Of a stretch of 64,000 nt of DNA, positions 1 through 17,670 are shown one piece after another. Under the pieces are notes generated by a model. That model saw only the letters and a list, made by a program, of their open reading frames with translations. It was not told where the DNA came from and made no database searches. The DNA is from Eledone cirrhosa (taxonomy: Eukaryota): positions 68,262,001 to 68,326,000 of the forward strand of contig OZ024741.1 in the NCBI GenBank assembly GCA_964016885.1, written 5' to 3'. The position numbers were made by a program, and so were the translations under genes. The stretch's first letter is position 1; each line of letters opens with the position of its first letter.

Positions 1-3000
1 ACAACACCACATCACCCACAACACACACCATACTACAGAAGACAACACCACATCATCCACACCACACACCATACTACAGAACACAACACCACATCACCCA
101 CACCACACACCATACTACAGAAGACAACACCACACCACCCACACCACACACCATACTACAGAACACAACACCACATCACCCACACCACACACCATACTAC
201 AGAACACAACACCACATCTCACAACACACCACACACCATACTACAGAACACAACACCACATCACCCACACCACACACCATACTACAGAAGACAACACCAC
301 ACCACCCACACCACACACCATACTACAGAACACAACACCACATCACCCACACCACACACCATACTACAGAACACAACACCACATCTCACAACACACCACA
401 CACCATACTACAGAACACAACACCACATCACCCACACCACACACCATACTACAGAAGACAACACCACACCACCCACACCACACACCATACTACAGAACAC
501 AACACCACATCACCCACACCACACACCATACTACAGAACACAACACCACATCTCACAACACACCACACACCATACTACAGAACACAACACCACACCACCC
601 ACACCACACACCATACTACAGAACACAACACCACATCACCAACACCACACACCATACTACAGAACACAACACCACATCTCACAACACACCACACACCATA
701 CTACAGAACACAACACCACATCACCCACACCACACACCATACTACAGAAGACAACACCACATCACCCACACCACACACCATACTACAGAACACAACACCA
801 CACCACCCACACCACACACCATACTACAGAACACAACACCACATCACCCACACCACACACCATACTACAGAACACAACACCACATCACCCACAACACACA
901 CCATACTACAGAACACAACACCACATCACCCACAACACACACCATACTACAGAACACAACACCACATCACCCACAACACACACCATACTACAGAAGACAA
1001 CACCACACCACCCACACCACACACCATACTACAGAACACAACACCACTTCACCCACACCACACACCATACTACAGAAGACAACACCACATCACCCACACC
1101 ACACACCATACTACAGAACACAACACCACACCACCCACACCACACACCATACTACAGAACACAACACCACATCACCCACACCACACACCATACTACAGAA
1201 CACAACACCACATCACCCACAACACACACCATACTACAGAACACAACACCACATCACCCACACCACACACCATACTACAGAACACAACACCACGTCACCC
1301 ACACCACACACCATACTACAGAACACAACACCACATCACCCACACCACACACCATACTACAGAACACAACACCACATCACCCACACCACACACCATACTA
1401 CAGAACACAACACCACATCACCCACAACACACACCATACTACAGAACACAACACCACATCACCCACACCACACACCATACTACAGAACACAACACCACAT
1501 CACCCACACCACACACCATACTACAGAACACAACACCACATCACCCACAACACACACCATACTACAGAACACAACACCACATCACCCACAACACACACCA
1601 TACTACAGAAGACAACACCACATCATCCACACCACACACCATACTACAGAACACAACACCACATCACCCACACCACACACCATACTACAGAACACAACAC
1701 CACATCACCCACAACACACACCATACTACAGAAGACAACACCACATCATCCACACCACACACCATACTACAGAACACAACACCACATCATCCACACCACA
1801 CACCATACTACAGAACACAACACCACATCACCCACACCACACACCATACTACAGAACACAACACCACGTCACCCACACCACACACCATACTACAGAAGAC
1901 AACACCACACCACCCACACCACACACCATACTACAGAACACAACACCACTTCACCCACACCACACACCATACTACAGAACACAACACCACACCACCCACA
2001 ACACACACCATACTACAGAAGACAACACCACATCACCCACACCACACACCATACTACAGAACACAACACCACATCACCCACAACACACACCATACTACAG
2101 AAGACAACACCACATCACCCACACCACACACCATACTACAGAACACAACACCACATCACCCACACCACACACCATACTACAGAACACAACACCACATCAC
2201 CCACAACACACACCATACTACAGAACACAACACCACATCACCCACACCACACACCACACACCATACTACAGAACACAACACCACATCACCCACACCACAC
2301 ACCATACTACAGAACACAACACCACATCTCACAACACAACACACACCATACTACAGAACACAACACCACATCTCACAACACACACCATACTACAGAACAC
2401 AACACCACTTCACCCACACCACACACCATACTACAGAACACAACACCACATCACCCACAACACACACCATACTACAGAACACAACACCACATCTCACAAC
2501 ACAACACACACCATACTACAGAACACAACACCACATCACCCACACCACACACCATACTACAGAACACAACACCACATCACCCACAACACACACCATACTA
2601 CAGAACACAACACCACATCACCCACACCACACACCATACTACAGAACACAACACCACATCTCACAACACAACACACACCATACTACAGAACACAACACCA
2701 CATCTCACAACACACACCATACTACAGAACACAACACCACTTCACCCACACCACACACCATACTACAGAACACAACACCACATCACCCACAACACACACC
2801 ATACTACAGAACACAACACCACTTCACCCACACCACACACCATACTACAGAAGACAACACCACATCACCCACACCATACACCATACTACAGAACACAACA
2901 CCACATCACCCGCACCACACACCATACTACAGAACACAACACCACATCTCACAACACACCACACACCATACTACAGAACACAACACCACATCTCACAACA

Positions 3001-6000
3001 CAACACACACCATACTACAGAACACAACACCACATCACCCACACCACACACCATACTACAGAACACAACACCACATCACCCACACCACACACCATACTAC
3101 AGAACACAACACCACGTCACCCACACCACACACCATACTACAGAACACAATACCACATCACCCACACCACACACCATGCTACAGAACACAACACCACATC
3201 ACCCACACCACACACCATACTACAGAACACAACACCACATCACCCACACCACACACCATACTACAGAACACAACACCACACCACCCACACCACACACCAT
3301 ACTACAGAAGACAACACCACATCACCCACACCACACACCATACTACAGAACACAACACCACACCACCCACACCACACACCATACTACAGAACACAACACC
3401 ACGTCACCCACACCACACACCATACTACAGAACACAACACCACATCACCCACACCACACACCATACTACAGAACACAACACCACGTCACCCACACCACAC
3501 ACCATACTACAGAACACAACACCACATAACCCACACCACACACCATACTACAGAAGACAACACCACGTCACCCTCACCACACACCATACTACAGAAGACA
3601 ACACCACACCACCCACACCACACACCATACTACAGAAGACAACACAACATCACCCATAACACACACCATACTACAGAACAGAACACCACATCACCCACAT
3701 CACACACCATACTACAGAACACAACACCACACCACCCACACCACACACCATACTACAGAACACAACACCACGTCACCCACACCACACACCATACTACAGA
3801 ACACAACACCACATCACCCACACCACACACCATACTACAGAACACAACACCACGTCACCCACACCACACACCATACTACAGAACACAACACCACATAACC
3901 CACACCACACACCATACTACAGAAGACAACACCACGTCACCCACACCACACACCATACTACAGAAGACAACACCACACCACCCACACCACACACCATACT
4001 ACAGAAGACAACACAACATCACCCATAACACACACCATACTACAGAACACAACACCACACCACCCACACCACACACCATACTACAGAACACAACACCACG
4101 TCACCCACACCACACACCATACTACAGAACACAACACCACATCACCCACACCACACACCATACTACAGAACACAACACCACGTCACCCACACCACACACC
4201 ATACTACAGAACACAACACCACATAACCCACACCACACACCATACTACAGAAGACAACACCACGTCACCCACACCACACACCATACTACAGAAGACAACA
4301 CCACGTCACCCACACCACACACCATACTACAGAACACAACACCACGTCACCCACACCACACACCATACTACAGAAGACAACACCACGTCACCCACACCAC
4401 ACACCATACTACAGAACACAACACCACATCATCCACACCACACACCATACTACAGAACACAACACCACATCACCCACACCACACACCATACTACAGAACA
4501 CAACACCACAGCACCCACACCACACACCATACTACAGAACACAACACCACATCACCCACACCACACACCATACTACAGAACACAACACCACTTCACCCAC
4601 ACCACACACCATACTACAGAACACAACACCACATCTCACAACACACCACACACCATACTACAGAACACAACACCACATCACCCACACCACACACCATACT
4701 ACAGAACACAACACCACATCACCCACACCACACACCATACTACAGAACACAACACCACATCACCCACACCACACACCATACTACAGAACACAACACCACA
4801 TCACCCACACCACACACCATACTACAGAACACAACACCACTTCACCCACACCACACACCATACTACAGAACACAACACCACATCTCACAACACACCACAC
4901 ACCATACTACAGAACACAACACCACATCACCCACACCACACACCATACTACAGAACACAACACCACACCACCCACACTCCACACCATACTACAGAAGACA
5001 ACACCACATCATCCACACCACAGACCATACTACAGAACACAACACCACATCACCCACACCACACACCATACTACAGAACACAACACCACATCACCCACAC
5101 CACACACCATACTACAGAACACAACACCACTTCACCCACACCACACACCATACTACAGAACACAACACCACATCTCACAACACACCACACACCATACTAC
5201 AGAACACAACACCACATCACCCACACCACACACCATACTACAGAACACAACACCACATCACCCACACCACACACCATACTACAGAACACAACACCACATC
5301 ACCCACACCACACACCATACTACAGAAGACAACACCACACCACCCACACCACACACCATACTACAGAAGACAACACAACATCACCCATAACACACACCAT
5401 ACTACAGAACAGAACACCACATCACCCACATCACACACCATACTACAGAACACAACACCACACGACCCACACCACACACCATACTACAGAACACAACACC
5501 ACGTCACCCACACCACACACCATACTACAGAACACAACACCACATCACCCACACCACACACCATACTACAGAACACAACACCACGTCACCCACACCACAC
5601 ACCATACTACAGAACACAACACCACATAACCCACACCACACACCATACTACAGAAGACAACACCACGTCACCCACACCACACACCATACTACAGAAGACA
5701 ACACCACACCACCCACACCACACACCATACTACAGAAGACAACACAACATCACCCATAACACACACCATACTACAGAACACAACACCACGTCACCCACAC
5801 CACACACCATACTACAGAACACAACACCACACCACCCACACCACACACCATACTACAGAACACAACACCACGTCACCCACACCACACACCATACTACAGA
5901 ACACAACACCACATCACCCACACCACACACCATACTACAGAACACAACACCACGTCACCCACGCCACACACCATACTACAGAACACAACACCACATAACC

Positions 6001-9000
6001 CACACCACACACCATACTACAGAAGACAACACCACGTCACCCACACCACACACCATACTACAGAAGACAACACCACGTCACCCACACCACACACCATACT
6101 ACAGAACACAACACCACACCACCCACACCACACACCATACTACAGAACACAACACCACGTCACCCACACCACACACCATACTACAGAACACAACACCACA
6201 TCACCCACACCACACACCATACTACAGAACACAACACCACGTCACCCACACCACACACCATACTACAGAACACAACACCACATAACCCACACCACACACC
6301 ATACTACAGAAGACAACACCACGTCACCCACACCACACACCATACTACAGAAGACAACACCACGTCACCCACACCACACACCATACTACAGAACACAACA
6401 CCACGTCACCCACACCACACACCATACTACAGAAGACAACACCACGTCACCCACACCACACACCATACTACAGAACACAACACCACATCATCCACACCAC
6501 ACACCATACTACAGAACACAACACCACATCACCCACACCACACACCATACTACAGAACACAACACCACAGCACCCACACCACACACCATACTACAGAACA
6601 CAACACCACATCACCCACACCACACACCATACTACAGAACACAACACCACTTCACCCACACCACACACCATACTACAGAACACAACACCACATCTCACAA
6701 CACACCACACACCATACTACTGAACACAACACCACATCACCCACACCACACACCATACTACAGAACACAACACCACATCACCCACACCACACACCATACT
6801 ACAGAACACAACACCACATCACCCACACCACACACCATACTACAGAACACAACACCACATCACCCACACCACACACCATACTACAGAACACAACACCACT
6901 TCACCCACACCACACACCATACTACAGAACACAACACCACATCTCACAACACACCACACACCATACTACAGAACACAACACCACATCACCCACACCACAC
7001 ACCATACTACAGAACACAACACCACACCACCCACACCACACACCATACTACAGAAGACAACACCACATCATCCACACCACAGACCATACTACAGAACACA
7101 ACACCACATCACCCACACCACACACCATACTACAGAACACAACACCACATCACCCACACCACACACCATACTACAGAACACAACACCACTTCACCCACAC
7201 CACACACCATACTACAGAACACAACACCACATCTCACAACACACCACACACCATACTACAGAACACAACACCACATCACCCACACCACACACCATACTAC
7301 AGAACACAACACCACATCACCCACACCACACACCATACTACAGAACACAACACCACATCACCCACACCACACACCATACTACAGAACACAACACCACTTC
7401 ACCCACACCACACACCATACTACAGAACACAACACCACATCTCACAACACACCACACACCATACTACAGAACACAACACCACATCACCCACACCACACAC
7501 CATACTACAGAACACAACACCACATCACCCACACCACACACCATACTACAGAACACAACACCACATCACCCACACCACACACCATACTACAGAACACAAC
7601 ACCACATCACCCACACCACACACCATACTACAGAACACAACACCACATCTCACAACACACCACACACCATACTACAGAACACAACACCACATCACCCACA
7701 CCACACACCATACTACAGAACACAACACCACATCACCCACACCACACACCATACTACAGAACACAACACCACTTCACCCACAACACACACCATACTACAG
7801 AACACAACACCACATCACCCACAACACACACCATACTACAGAAGACAACACCACATCATCCACACCACACACCATACTACAGAACACAACACCACATCAC
7901 CCACATCACACACCATACTACAGAACACAACACCACATCACCCACACCACACACCATACTACAGAACACAACACCACATCACCCACACCACACACCATAC
8001 TACAGAACACAACACCACTTCACCCACAACACACACCATACTACAGAACACAACACCACATCACCCACACCACACACCATACTACAGAACACAACACCAC
8101 ATCACCCACAACACACACCATACTACAGAACACAACACCACATCACCCACACCACACACCATACTACAGAAGACAACACCACATCATCCACACCACACAC
8201 AATACTACAGAACACAACACCACATCTCACAACACACACCATACTACAGAAGACAACACCACATCACCCACACCACACACCATACTACAGAAGACAACAC
8301 CACATCACCCACACCACACACCATACTACAGAACACAACACCACTTCACCCACAACACACACCATACTACAGAACACAACACCACATCACCCACACCACA
8401 CACCATACTACAGAACACAACACCACTTCACCCACAACACACACCATACTACAGAACACAACACCACATCACCCACAACACACACCATACTACAGAACAC
8501 AACACCACATCACCCACACCACACACCATACTACAGAAGACAACACCACATCATCCACACCACACACAATACTACAGAACACAACACCACATCTCACAAC
8601 ACACACCATACTACAGAAGACAACACCACATCACCCACACCACACACCATACTACAGAAGACAACACCACATCACCCACACCACACACCATACTACAGAA
8701 CACAACACCACTTCACCCACAACACACACCATACTACAGAACACAACACCACATCACCCACACCACACACCATACTACAGAACACAACACCACATCACCC
8801 ACAACACACACCATACTACAGAACACAACACCACATCACCCACACCACACACCATACTACAGAACACAACACCACATCACCCACACCACACACCATACTA
8901 CAGAACACAACACCACATCACCCACACCACACACCATACTACAGAACACAACACCACATCACCCACACCACACACCATACTACAGAACACAACACCACAT

Positions 9001-12000
9001 CTCACAACACACCACACACCATACTACAGAACACAACACCACATCTCACAACACACCACACACCATACTACAGAACACAACACCACATCACCCACACCAC
9101 ACACCATACTACAGAACACAACACCACACCACCCACACCACACACCATACTACAGAAGACAACACCACATCATCCACACCACACACCATACTACAGAACA
9201 CAACACCACATCACCCACACCACACACCATACTACAGAACACAACACCACATCACCCACACCACACACCATACTACAGAAGACAACACCACATCACCCAC
9301 ACCACACACCATACTACAGAACACAACACCACTTCACCCACACCACACACCATACTACAGAACACAACACCACATCTCACAACACACCACACACCATACT
9401 ACAGAACACAACACCACACCACCCACACCACACACCATACTACAGAACACAACACCACTTCACCCACACCACACACCATACTACAGAACACAACACCACA
9501 TCACCCACACCACACACCATACTACAGAACACAACACCACATCACCCACACCACACACCATACTACAGAAGACAACACCACATCACCCACACCACACACC
9601 ATACTACAGAACACAACACCACATCACACACACCACACACCATACTACAGAACACAACACCACATCACCCACACCACACACCATACTACAGAACACAACA
9701 CCACATCACCCACACCACACACCATACTACAGAACACAACACCACATCACCCACACCACACACCATACTACAGAACACAACACCACTTCACCCACACCAC
9801 ACACCATACTACAGAACACAACACCACACCACCCACACCACACACCATACTACAGAAGACAACACCACATCACCCACACCACACACCATACTACAGAACA
9901 CAACACCACATCACCCACACCACACACCATACTACAGAACACAACACCACATCACCCACACCACACACCATACTACAGAACACAACACCACATCACCCAC
10001 ACCACACACCATACTACAGAACACAACACCACATCTCACAACACACCACACACCATACTACAGAACACAACACCACATCTCACAACACACCACACACCAT
10101 ACTACAGAACACAACACCACATCACCCACACCACACACCATACTACAGAACACAACACCACATCACCCACACCACACACCATACTACAGAACACAACACC
10201 ACATCACCCACACCACACACCATACTACAGAACACAACACCACATCACCCACACCACACACCATACTACAGAACACAACACCACATCTCACAACACACCA
10301 CACACCATACTACAGAACACAACACCACATCTCACAACACACCACACACCATACTACAGAACACAACACCACATCACCCACACCACACACCATACTACAG
10401 AACACAACACCACATCTCACAACACACCACACACCATACTACAGAACACAACACCACATCTCACAACACACCACACACCATACTACAGAACACAACACCA
10501 CATCTCACAACACACCACACACCATACTACAGAACACAACACCACATCACCCACACCACACACCATACTACAGAACACAACACCACACCACCCACACCAC
10601 ACACCATACTACAGAACACAACACCACTTCACCAACACCACACACCATACTACAGAACACAACACCACATCACCCACACCACACACCATACTACAGAACA
10701 CAACACCACATCTCACAACACACCACACACCATACTACAGAACACAACACCACATCTCACAACACACCACACACCATACTACAGAACACAACACCACATC
10801 TCACAACACACCACACACCATACTACAGAACACAACACCACATCACCCACAACACACACCATACTACAGAACACAACACCACACCACCCACACCACACAC
10901 CATACTACAGAAGACAACACCACATCATCCACACCACACACCATACTACAGAACACAACACCACATCACCCACACCACACACCATACTCCAGAACACAAC
11001 ACCACATCACCCACACCACACACCATACTACAGAAGACAACACCACATCACCCACACCACACACCATACTACAGAACACAACACCACATCACCCACACCA
11101 CACACCATACTACAGAACACAACACCACACCACCCACACCACACACCATACTACAGAACACAACACCACATCACCCACACCACACACCATACTACAGAAG
11201 ACAACACCACATCACCCACACCACACACCATACTACAGAACATAACACCACATCACCCACACCACACACCATACTACAGAACACAACACCACACCACCCA
11301 CACCACACACCATACTACAGAACACAACACCACTTCACCCACACCACACACCATACTACAGAACACAACACCACATCACCCACACCACACACCATACTAC
11401 AGAAGACAACACCACATCACCCACACCACACACCATACTACAGAACATAACACCACATCACCCACACCACACACCATACTACAGAACACAACACCACACC
11501 ACCCACACCACACACCATACTACAGAACACAACACCACTTCACCCACACCACACACCATACTACAGAACACAACACCACTTCACCCACACCACACACCAT
11601 ACTACAGAACACAACACCACTTCACCCACACCACACACCATACTACAGAACACAACACCACATCACCCACACCACACACCATACTACAGAACACAACACC
11701 ACATCTCACAACACACCACACACCATACTACAGAACACAACACCACATCTCACAACACACCACACACCATACTACAGAACACAACACCACACCACCCACA
11801 ACACACACCATACTACAGAACACAACACCACGTCACCCACACCACACACCATACTACAGAACACAACACCACATCACCCACACCACACACCATACTACAG
11901 AACACAACACCACTTCACCCACACCACACACCATACTACAGAACACAACACCACTTCACCCACACCACACACCATACTACAGAACACAACACCACTTCAC

Positions 12001-15000
12001 CCACACCACACACCATACTACAGAACACAACACCACATCACCCACACCACACACCATACTACAGAAGACAACACCACATCACCCACACCACACACCATAC
12101 TACAGAACATAACACCACATCACCCACACCACACACCATACTACAGAACACAACACCACACCACCCACACCACACACCATACTACAGAACACAACACCAC
12201 TTCACCCACACCACACACCATACTACAGAACACAACACCACTTCACCCACACCACACACCATACTACAGAACACAACACCACTTCACCCACACCACACAC
12301 CATACTACAGAACACAACACCACATCACCCACACCACACACCATACTACAGAACACAACACCACATCTCACAACACACCACACACCATACTACAGAACAC
12401 AACACCACATCTCACAACACACCACACACCATACTACAGAACACAACACCACACCACCCACAACACACACCATACTACAGAACACAACACCACGTCACCC
12501 ACACCACACACCATACTACAGAACACAACACCACATCACCCACACCACACACCATACTACAGAACACAACACCACGTCACCATACTACAGAACACAACAC
12601 CACGTCACCATACTACAGAACACAACACCACATCTCACAACACACCACACACCATACTACAGAACACAACACCACATCACCCACACCACACACCATACTA
12701 CAGAACACAACACCACACCACCCACACCACACACCATACTACAGAACACAACACCACATCACCCACAACACACACCATACTACAGAACACAACACCACTT
12801 CACCCACACCACACACCATACTACAGAACACAACACCACACCACCCACACCACACACCATACTACAGAAGACAACACCACATCACCCACACCACACACCA
12901 TACTACAGAACACAACACCACTTCACCCACACCACACACCATACTACAGAACACAACACCACTTCACCCACACCACACACCATACTACAGAACACAACAC
13001 CACATCACCCACACCACACACCATACTACAGAACACAACACCACATCTCACAACACACCACACACCATACTACAGAACACAACACCACATCTCACAACAC
13101 ACCACACACCATACTACAGAACACAACACCACACCACCCACAACACACACCATACTACAGAACACAACACCACATCACCCACACCACACACCATACTACA
13201 GAACACAACACCACATCACCCACACCACACACCATCCTACAGAACACAACACCACATCTCACAACACACCACACACCATACTACAGAACACAACACCACT
13301 TCACCCACACCACACACCGTACTACAGAACACAACACCACATCACCCACACCACACACCATACTACAGAACACAACACCACATCTCACAACACACCACAC
13401 ACCATACTACAGAACACAACAGCACATCTCACAACACACCACACACCATACTACAGAACACAACACCACACCACCCACAACACACACCATACTACAGAAC
13501 ACAACACCACGTCACCCACACCACACACCATACTACAGAAGACAACACCACATCACCCACACCACACACCATACTACAGAACACAACACCACATCACCCA
13601 CACCACACACCATACTACAGAACACAACACCACATCACCCACACCACACACCATACTACAGAACACAACACCACATCACCCACACCACACACCATACTAC
13701 AGAAGACAACACCACATCACCCACACCACACACCATACTACAGAACACAACACCACATCACCCACAACACACACCATACTACAGAACACAACACCACTTC
13801 ACCCACACCACACACCATACTACAGAACACAACACCACTTCACCCACACCACACACCATACTACAGAACACAACACCACTTCACCCACACCACACACCAT
13901 ACTACAGAACACAACACCACTTCACCCACACCACACACCATACTACAGAACACAACACCACTTCACCCACACCACACACCATACTACAGAACACAACACC
14001 ACTTCACCCACACCACACACCATACTACAGAACACAACACCACATCACCCACACCACACACCATACTACAGAAGACAACACCACATCACCCACACCACAC
14101 ACCATACTACAGAACACAACACCACATCACCCACAACACACACCATACTACAGAAGACAACACCACATCACCCACACCACACACCATACTACAGAACACA
14201 ACACCACATCACCCACACCACACACCATACTACAGAACACAACACCACGTCACCCACACCACACACCATACTACAGAACACAACACCACATCACCCACAA
14301 CACACACCATACTACAGAACACAACACCACATCACCCACAACACACACCATACTACAGAAGACAACACCACATCACCCACAACACACACCATACTACAGA
14401 ACACAACACCACATCACCCACAACACACACCATACTACAGAACACAACACCACATCACCCACACCACACACCATACTACAGAACACAACACCACATCTCA
14501 CAACACACCACACACCATACTACAGAACACAACACCACATCACCCACAACACACACCATACTACAGAACACAACACCACATCACCCACAACACACACCAT
14601 ACTACAGAACACAACACCACATCACCCACAACACACACCATACTACAGAACACAACACCACATCACCCACACCACACACCATACTACAGAACACAACACC
14701 ACGTCACCCACACCACACACCATACTACAGAACACAACACCACATCACCCACAACACACACCATACTACAGAACACAACACCACATCACCCACACCACAC
14801 ACCATACTACAGAACACAACACCACATCACCCACAACACACACCATACTACAGAACACAACACCACATCACCCACACCACACACCATACTACAGAACACA
14901 ACACCACATCACCCACACCACACACCATACTACAGAACACAACACCACATCACCCACACCACACACCATACTACAGAACACAACACCACATCACCCACAC

Positions 15001-15195
15001 CACACACCATACTACAGGACACAACACCACATCACCCACACCACACACCATACTACAGAACACAACACCACATCACCCACACCACACACCATACTACAGA
15101 ACACAACACCACATAACCCACACCACACACCATACTACAGAACACAACACCACATCACCCACACCACACACCATACTACAGAACACAACACCACA
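1..15195. repeat. Satellite array, 41-bp monomer ACCATACTACAGAACACAACACCACATCACCCACACCACAC (~370 copies, runs off the window start)
   Basis: Period measured directly (CCATACTAC at 69 and 110). 44-bp and 39-bp length variants contain ATCTCACAA; point variants are GAAGAC, CACGTC and CACTTC. Confidence 0.98.
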
Positions 15196-15816
15196 TCACA
15201 CAACACCACATCACACAACACCACATCACACAACACCACATCACACAACACCATATCACAACACCATATCACACATAACATATCACACAACACCACATCT
15301 CACAACATCACATCACACAACACCATATCACACATAACATATCACACAACACCACATCTCACAACATCACATCACACAACACCATATCACACATAACATA
15401 TCACACAACACCACATCTCACAACATCACATCACACATAACATATCACACAAACACACACACCATACTACAGAACACCACACACAGTACCACATTACACA
15501 CACACACACACCATACTACAGAACACAGCACCACATTATACACACACACACACACACCATATTACAGAACACAGCACCACATTTCACACACACACATACA
15601 CACACACACCATACTACAGAACACAGCACCACATTATACACACACACACACACACCATACTACAGAACACAGAACCACATTATATATACACACACAAACA
15701 CCATATCACACAACACCACATCTCACACACCATACCAAACAACACATCATAACACACATCACACAACACCACATCTCACACACCATACCACACAACACAC
15801 CATACACACACACACA
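15182..15816. repeat. Degenerate satellite edge: 15-bp subrepeat (CACATCACACAACAC) grading into (CA)n-containing monomers
   Basis: Short repeats visible directly; CCATACTACAGAACAC cores are separated by (CA)n at 15450-15700. Confidence 0.85.
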
Positions 15817-15832
15817 TGTATCAAAGAACAAA

Positions 15833-16011
15833 ATAATTGTTTCTACTTTTGGCACAAGACCAGCAATTAATCAGTGCATTACTGGTACTTTATTTTAACG
15901 ACCCCGTAAGGATGAAAGGCAAAGTTAACCTCGGCAAGATTTGAACTCAGACCGTAAAGGGACGTAACTATGCAGGATAGTATGGCGTTCGACCCTCTAC
16001 CGATACTGCCA
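15833..16011 (-). mobile_element. tRNA-derived SINE (Nin-domain-like) with target-site duplication
   Basis: Reverse complement of the GAGTTCAAAT B-box and of GCCTTTCATCCTTACGGGGTCG; AAAGAACAAAATAAT is duplicated at 15823-15837 and 16012-16026. Confidence 0.85.
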
Positions 16012-16189
16012 AAAGAACAAAATAATATCTGGTTATTAGTTAATGTGTTTTAGGTATTAAGTTCCAACCCTAACATGGTCGCCTATACCTCGTAAGATTC
16101 CGGGTTCGAAAAATAAAGTAGCACTCAAATACAATGCAATCAACTATACCAATGTGTTGAATTAGCAGAGTCTACAAAACATTGGATAC

Positions 16190-16668
16190 AATGTAAGCTA
16201 TCGCCGTATTTTGACTAAAGAAAGTAAAGAAATTATTTAGCCTGATAGTGGGGTTAAGAACCCTCGGAGAAATGGAAAAAGATAAGTATTGACGTACATG
16301 GGAGTCGAACCCACATCTTTGGTTATCCGGACCACTGTGTTACCATTTACACCAACACATTACCCGTCTTTTTCCATTCAAATTAGAAGCTATAAACTTA
16401 GCGACTGTAATGTCAAGTAAGAGTATTTTCGAAACAGCGAGCGGGTTTGAAATTATTATAAATGTAAGCTATCGCCGTATTTTGAAATAACCAAAGATGT
16501 GGGTTCGACTCCCATGTACGTCAATACTTATCTTCTTCCATTTCTCCGAGGGTTCTTAACCCCACTATCAGGCTAAATAATTTCTTTAATTTCTTTAGTC
16601 AAAATACGGCGATAGCTTACATTTCTAATAATTTCAAACCCGCTCGCTGTTTCGAAAATATTCTTACT
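16190..16668. mobile_element. Non-coding tandem plus inverted element (271-bp unit) with a tRNA-like module, inserted into a SINE
   Basis: AATGTAAGCTATCGCCGTATTTTGA at 16190 and 16461; 16487-16668 is a reverse complement of the unit; ATTGGATACAATGT flanks it at 16181 and 16669. Confidence 0.8.
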
Positions 16669-17259
16669 ATTGGATACAATGTTTTGTAGTATTTGTTCCC
16701 ACTCTGTGCCCTGAGTTCAAATCCCACCGAGGTCATCTTTGCCTTTCATCCTTCTGAGGTCGATAAAAAACCACGTGTCCAGCACTAGGGTTGATTCTTT
16801 CTCTATATTTCTTTCGCACATCCTCTCTATTACTCCTTCTCCGTCACTGGAGGAAATTGACTGTGTTCAGCTCCATCAGGTTTAGAAAAACCCAAGAAAC
16901 GCCGTTTGTCACTGCGGCGTTCTTACGACTCCAACAGGTGTGACGGGTACATGCATACATGCATGCATACGTACGTACCCACGTGTGACCTTGCATTTAT
17001 ATATGAAACTAGTCTTAATACTATAGATAGAATCAGTAACGTATTGGACAAAATACTTTAATTAGTCCCCTTTATGTTCTAAGTTCAAGCCCCACCGACG
17101 TCGACTAAACATCTTTTATATAGGCAGAATCGGAGTTGTTAGTAATAACAGTCGAGTACTGTGGTCGAGATAATCGACCAAACGTTTCCACCGAAATGTG
17201 TAACATTGTTCTAATGTTGGAAATCCCAACCTTATTAACGAAGAGTGGATTAGGCGGAT

Positions 17260-17670
17260 TCAGTAGATTGATGGACAAGATGCCGAGTAATATTTTAGTT
17301 AACTCTTTACGTTCTGAATTCAAATCCCGCCGAGGTTAGCTTTGCTTTTCATTCTTATGGGGTCGATAAAATAAAATACCAGTCACGCACTGAGTCTATT
17401 TAATCGACTTTCTCCTCTCCCAAAATTGCTGACCTTGTGACTAAATCAGAAACTATTATTAGGGCGGGTGGGAGCTTTGCAGAATCGTTAGCGCGTCGAA
17501 TTCTTTGAGACATTTACTAACGGCTCTTTACGTTCAAATCCTGCCGAGGTAAACTTTGCTTTTCATCCCTCCATCATCGATGAAATAAAGTACCAGTAAA
17601 ATACTGAAATCGATATTATCGGCTGTCCTCTCTGTCCCAAAATTGCAGGCCTTGTGCCTAAATTAGAACA
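17260..17670 (+). mobile_element. Two tandem tRNA-derived SINE copies
   Basis: Each has a TTCAAATCC B-box, CCGAGGT..CTTTGCTTTTCAT..CGAT(A/G)AAATAAA..ACCAG and an AAAATTGC..CCTTGTG tail. Confidence 0.8.

Noticed and set aside
3176-3529. His/Thr-rich 117-aa ORF
   Set aside because: Translation of the satellite starting at a chance ATG variant.
1-15195. CRISPR-like look (constant CCATACTACAGAA with a variable remainder)
   Set aside because: The 'spacers' are near-identical variants of one sequence, there are no cas genes, and the context is eukaryotic. It is a satellite.
16290-16362. Functional tRNA gene
   Set aside because: The acceptor stem is weak (one mismatch and several G-U pairs) and it is embedded in a repeat element, so it is treated as a tRNA-derived module.
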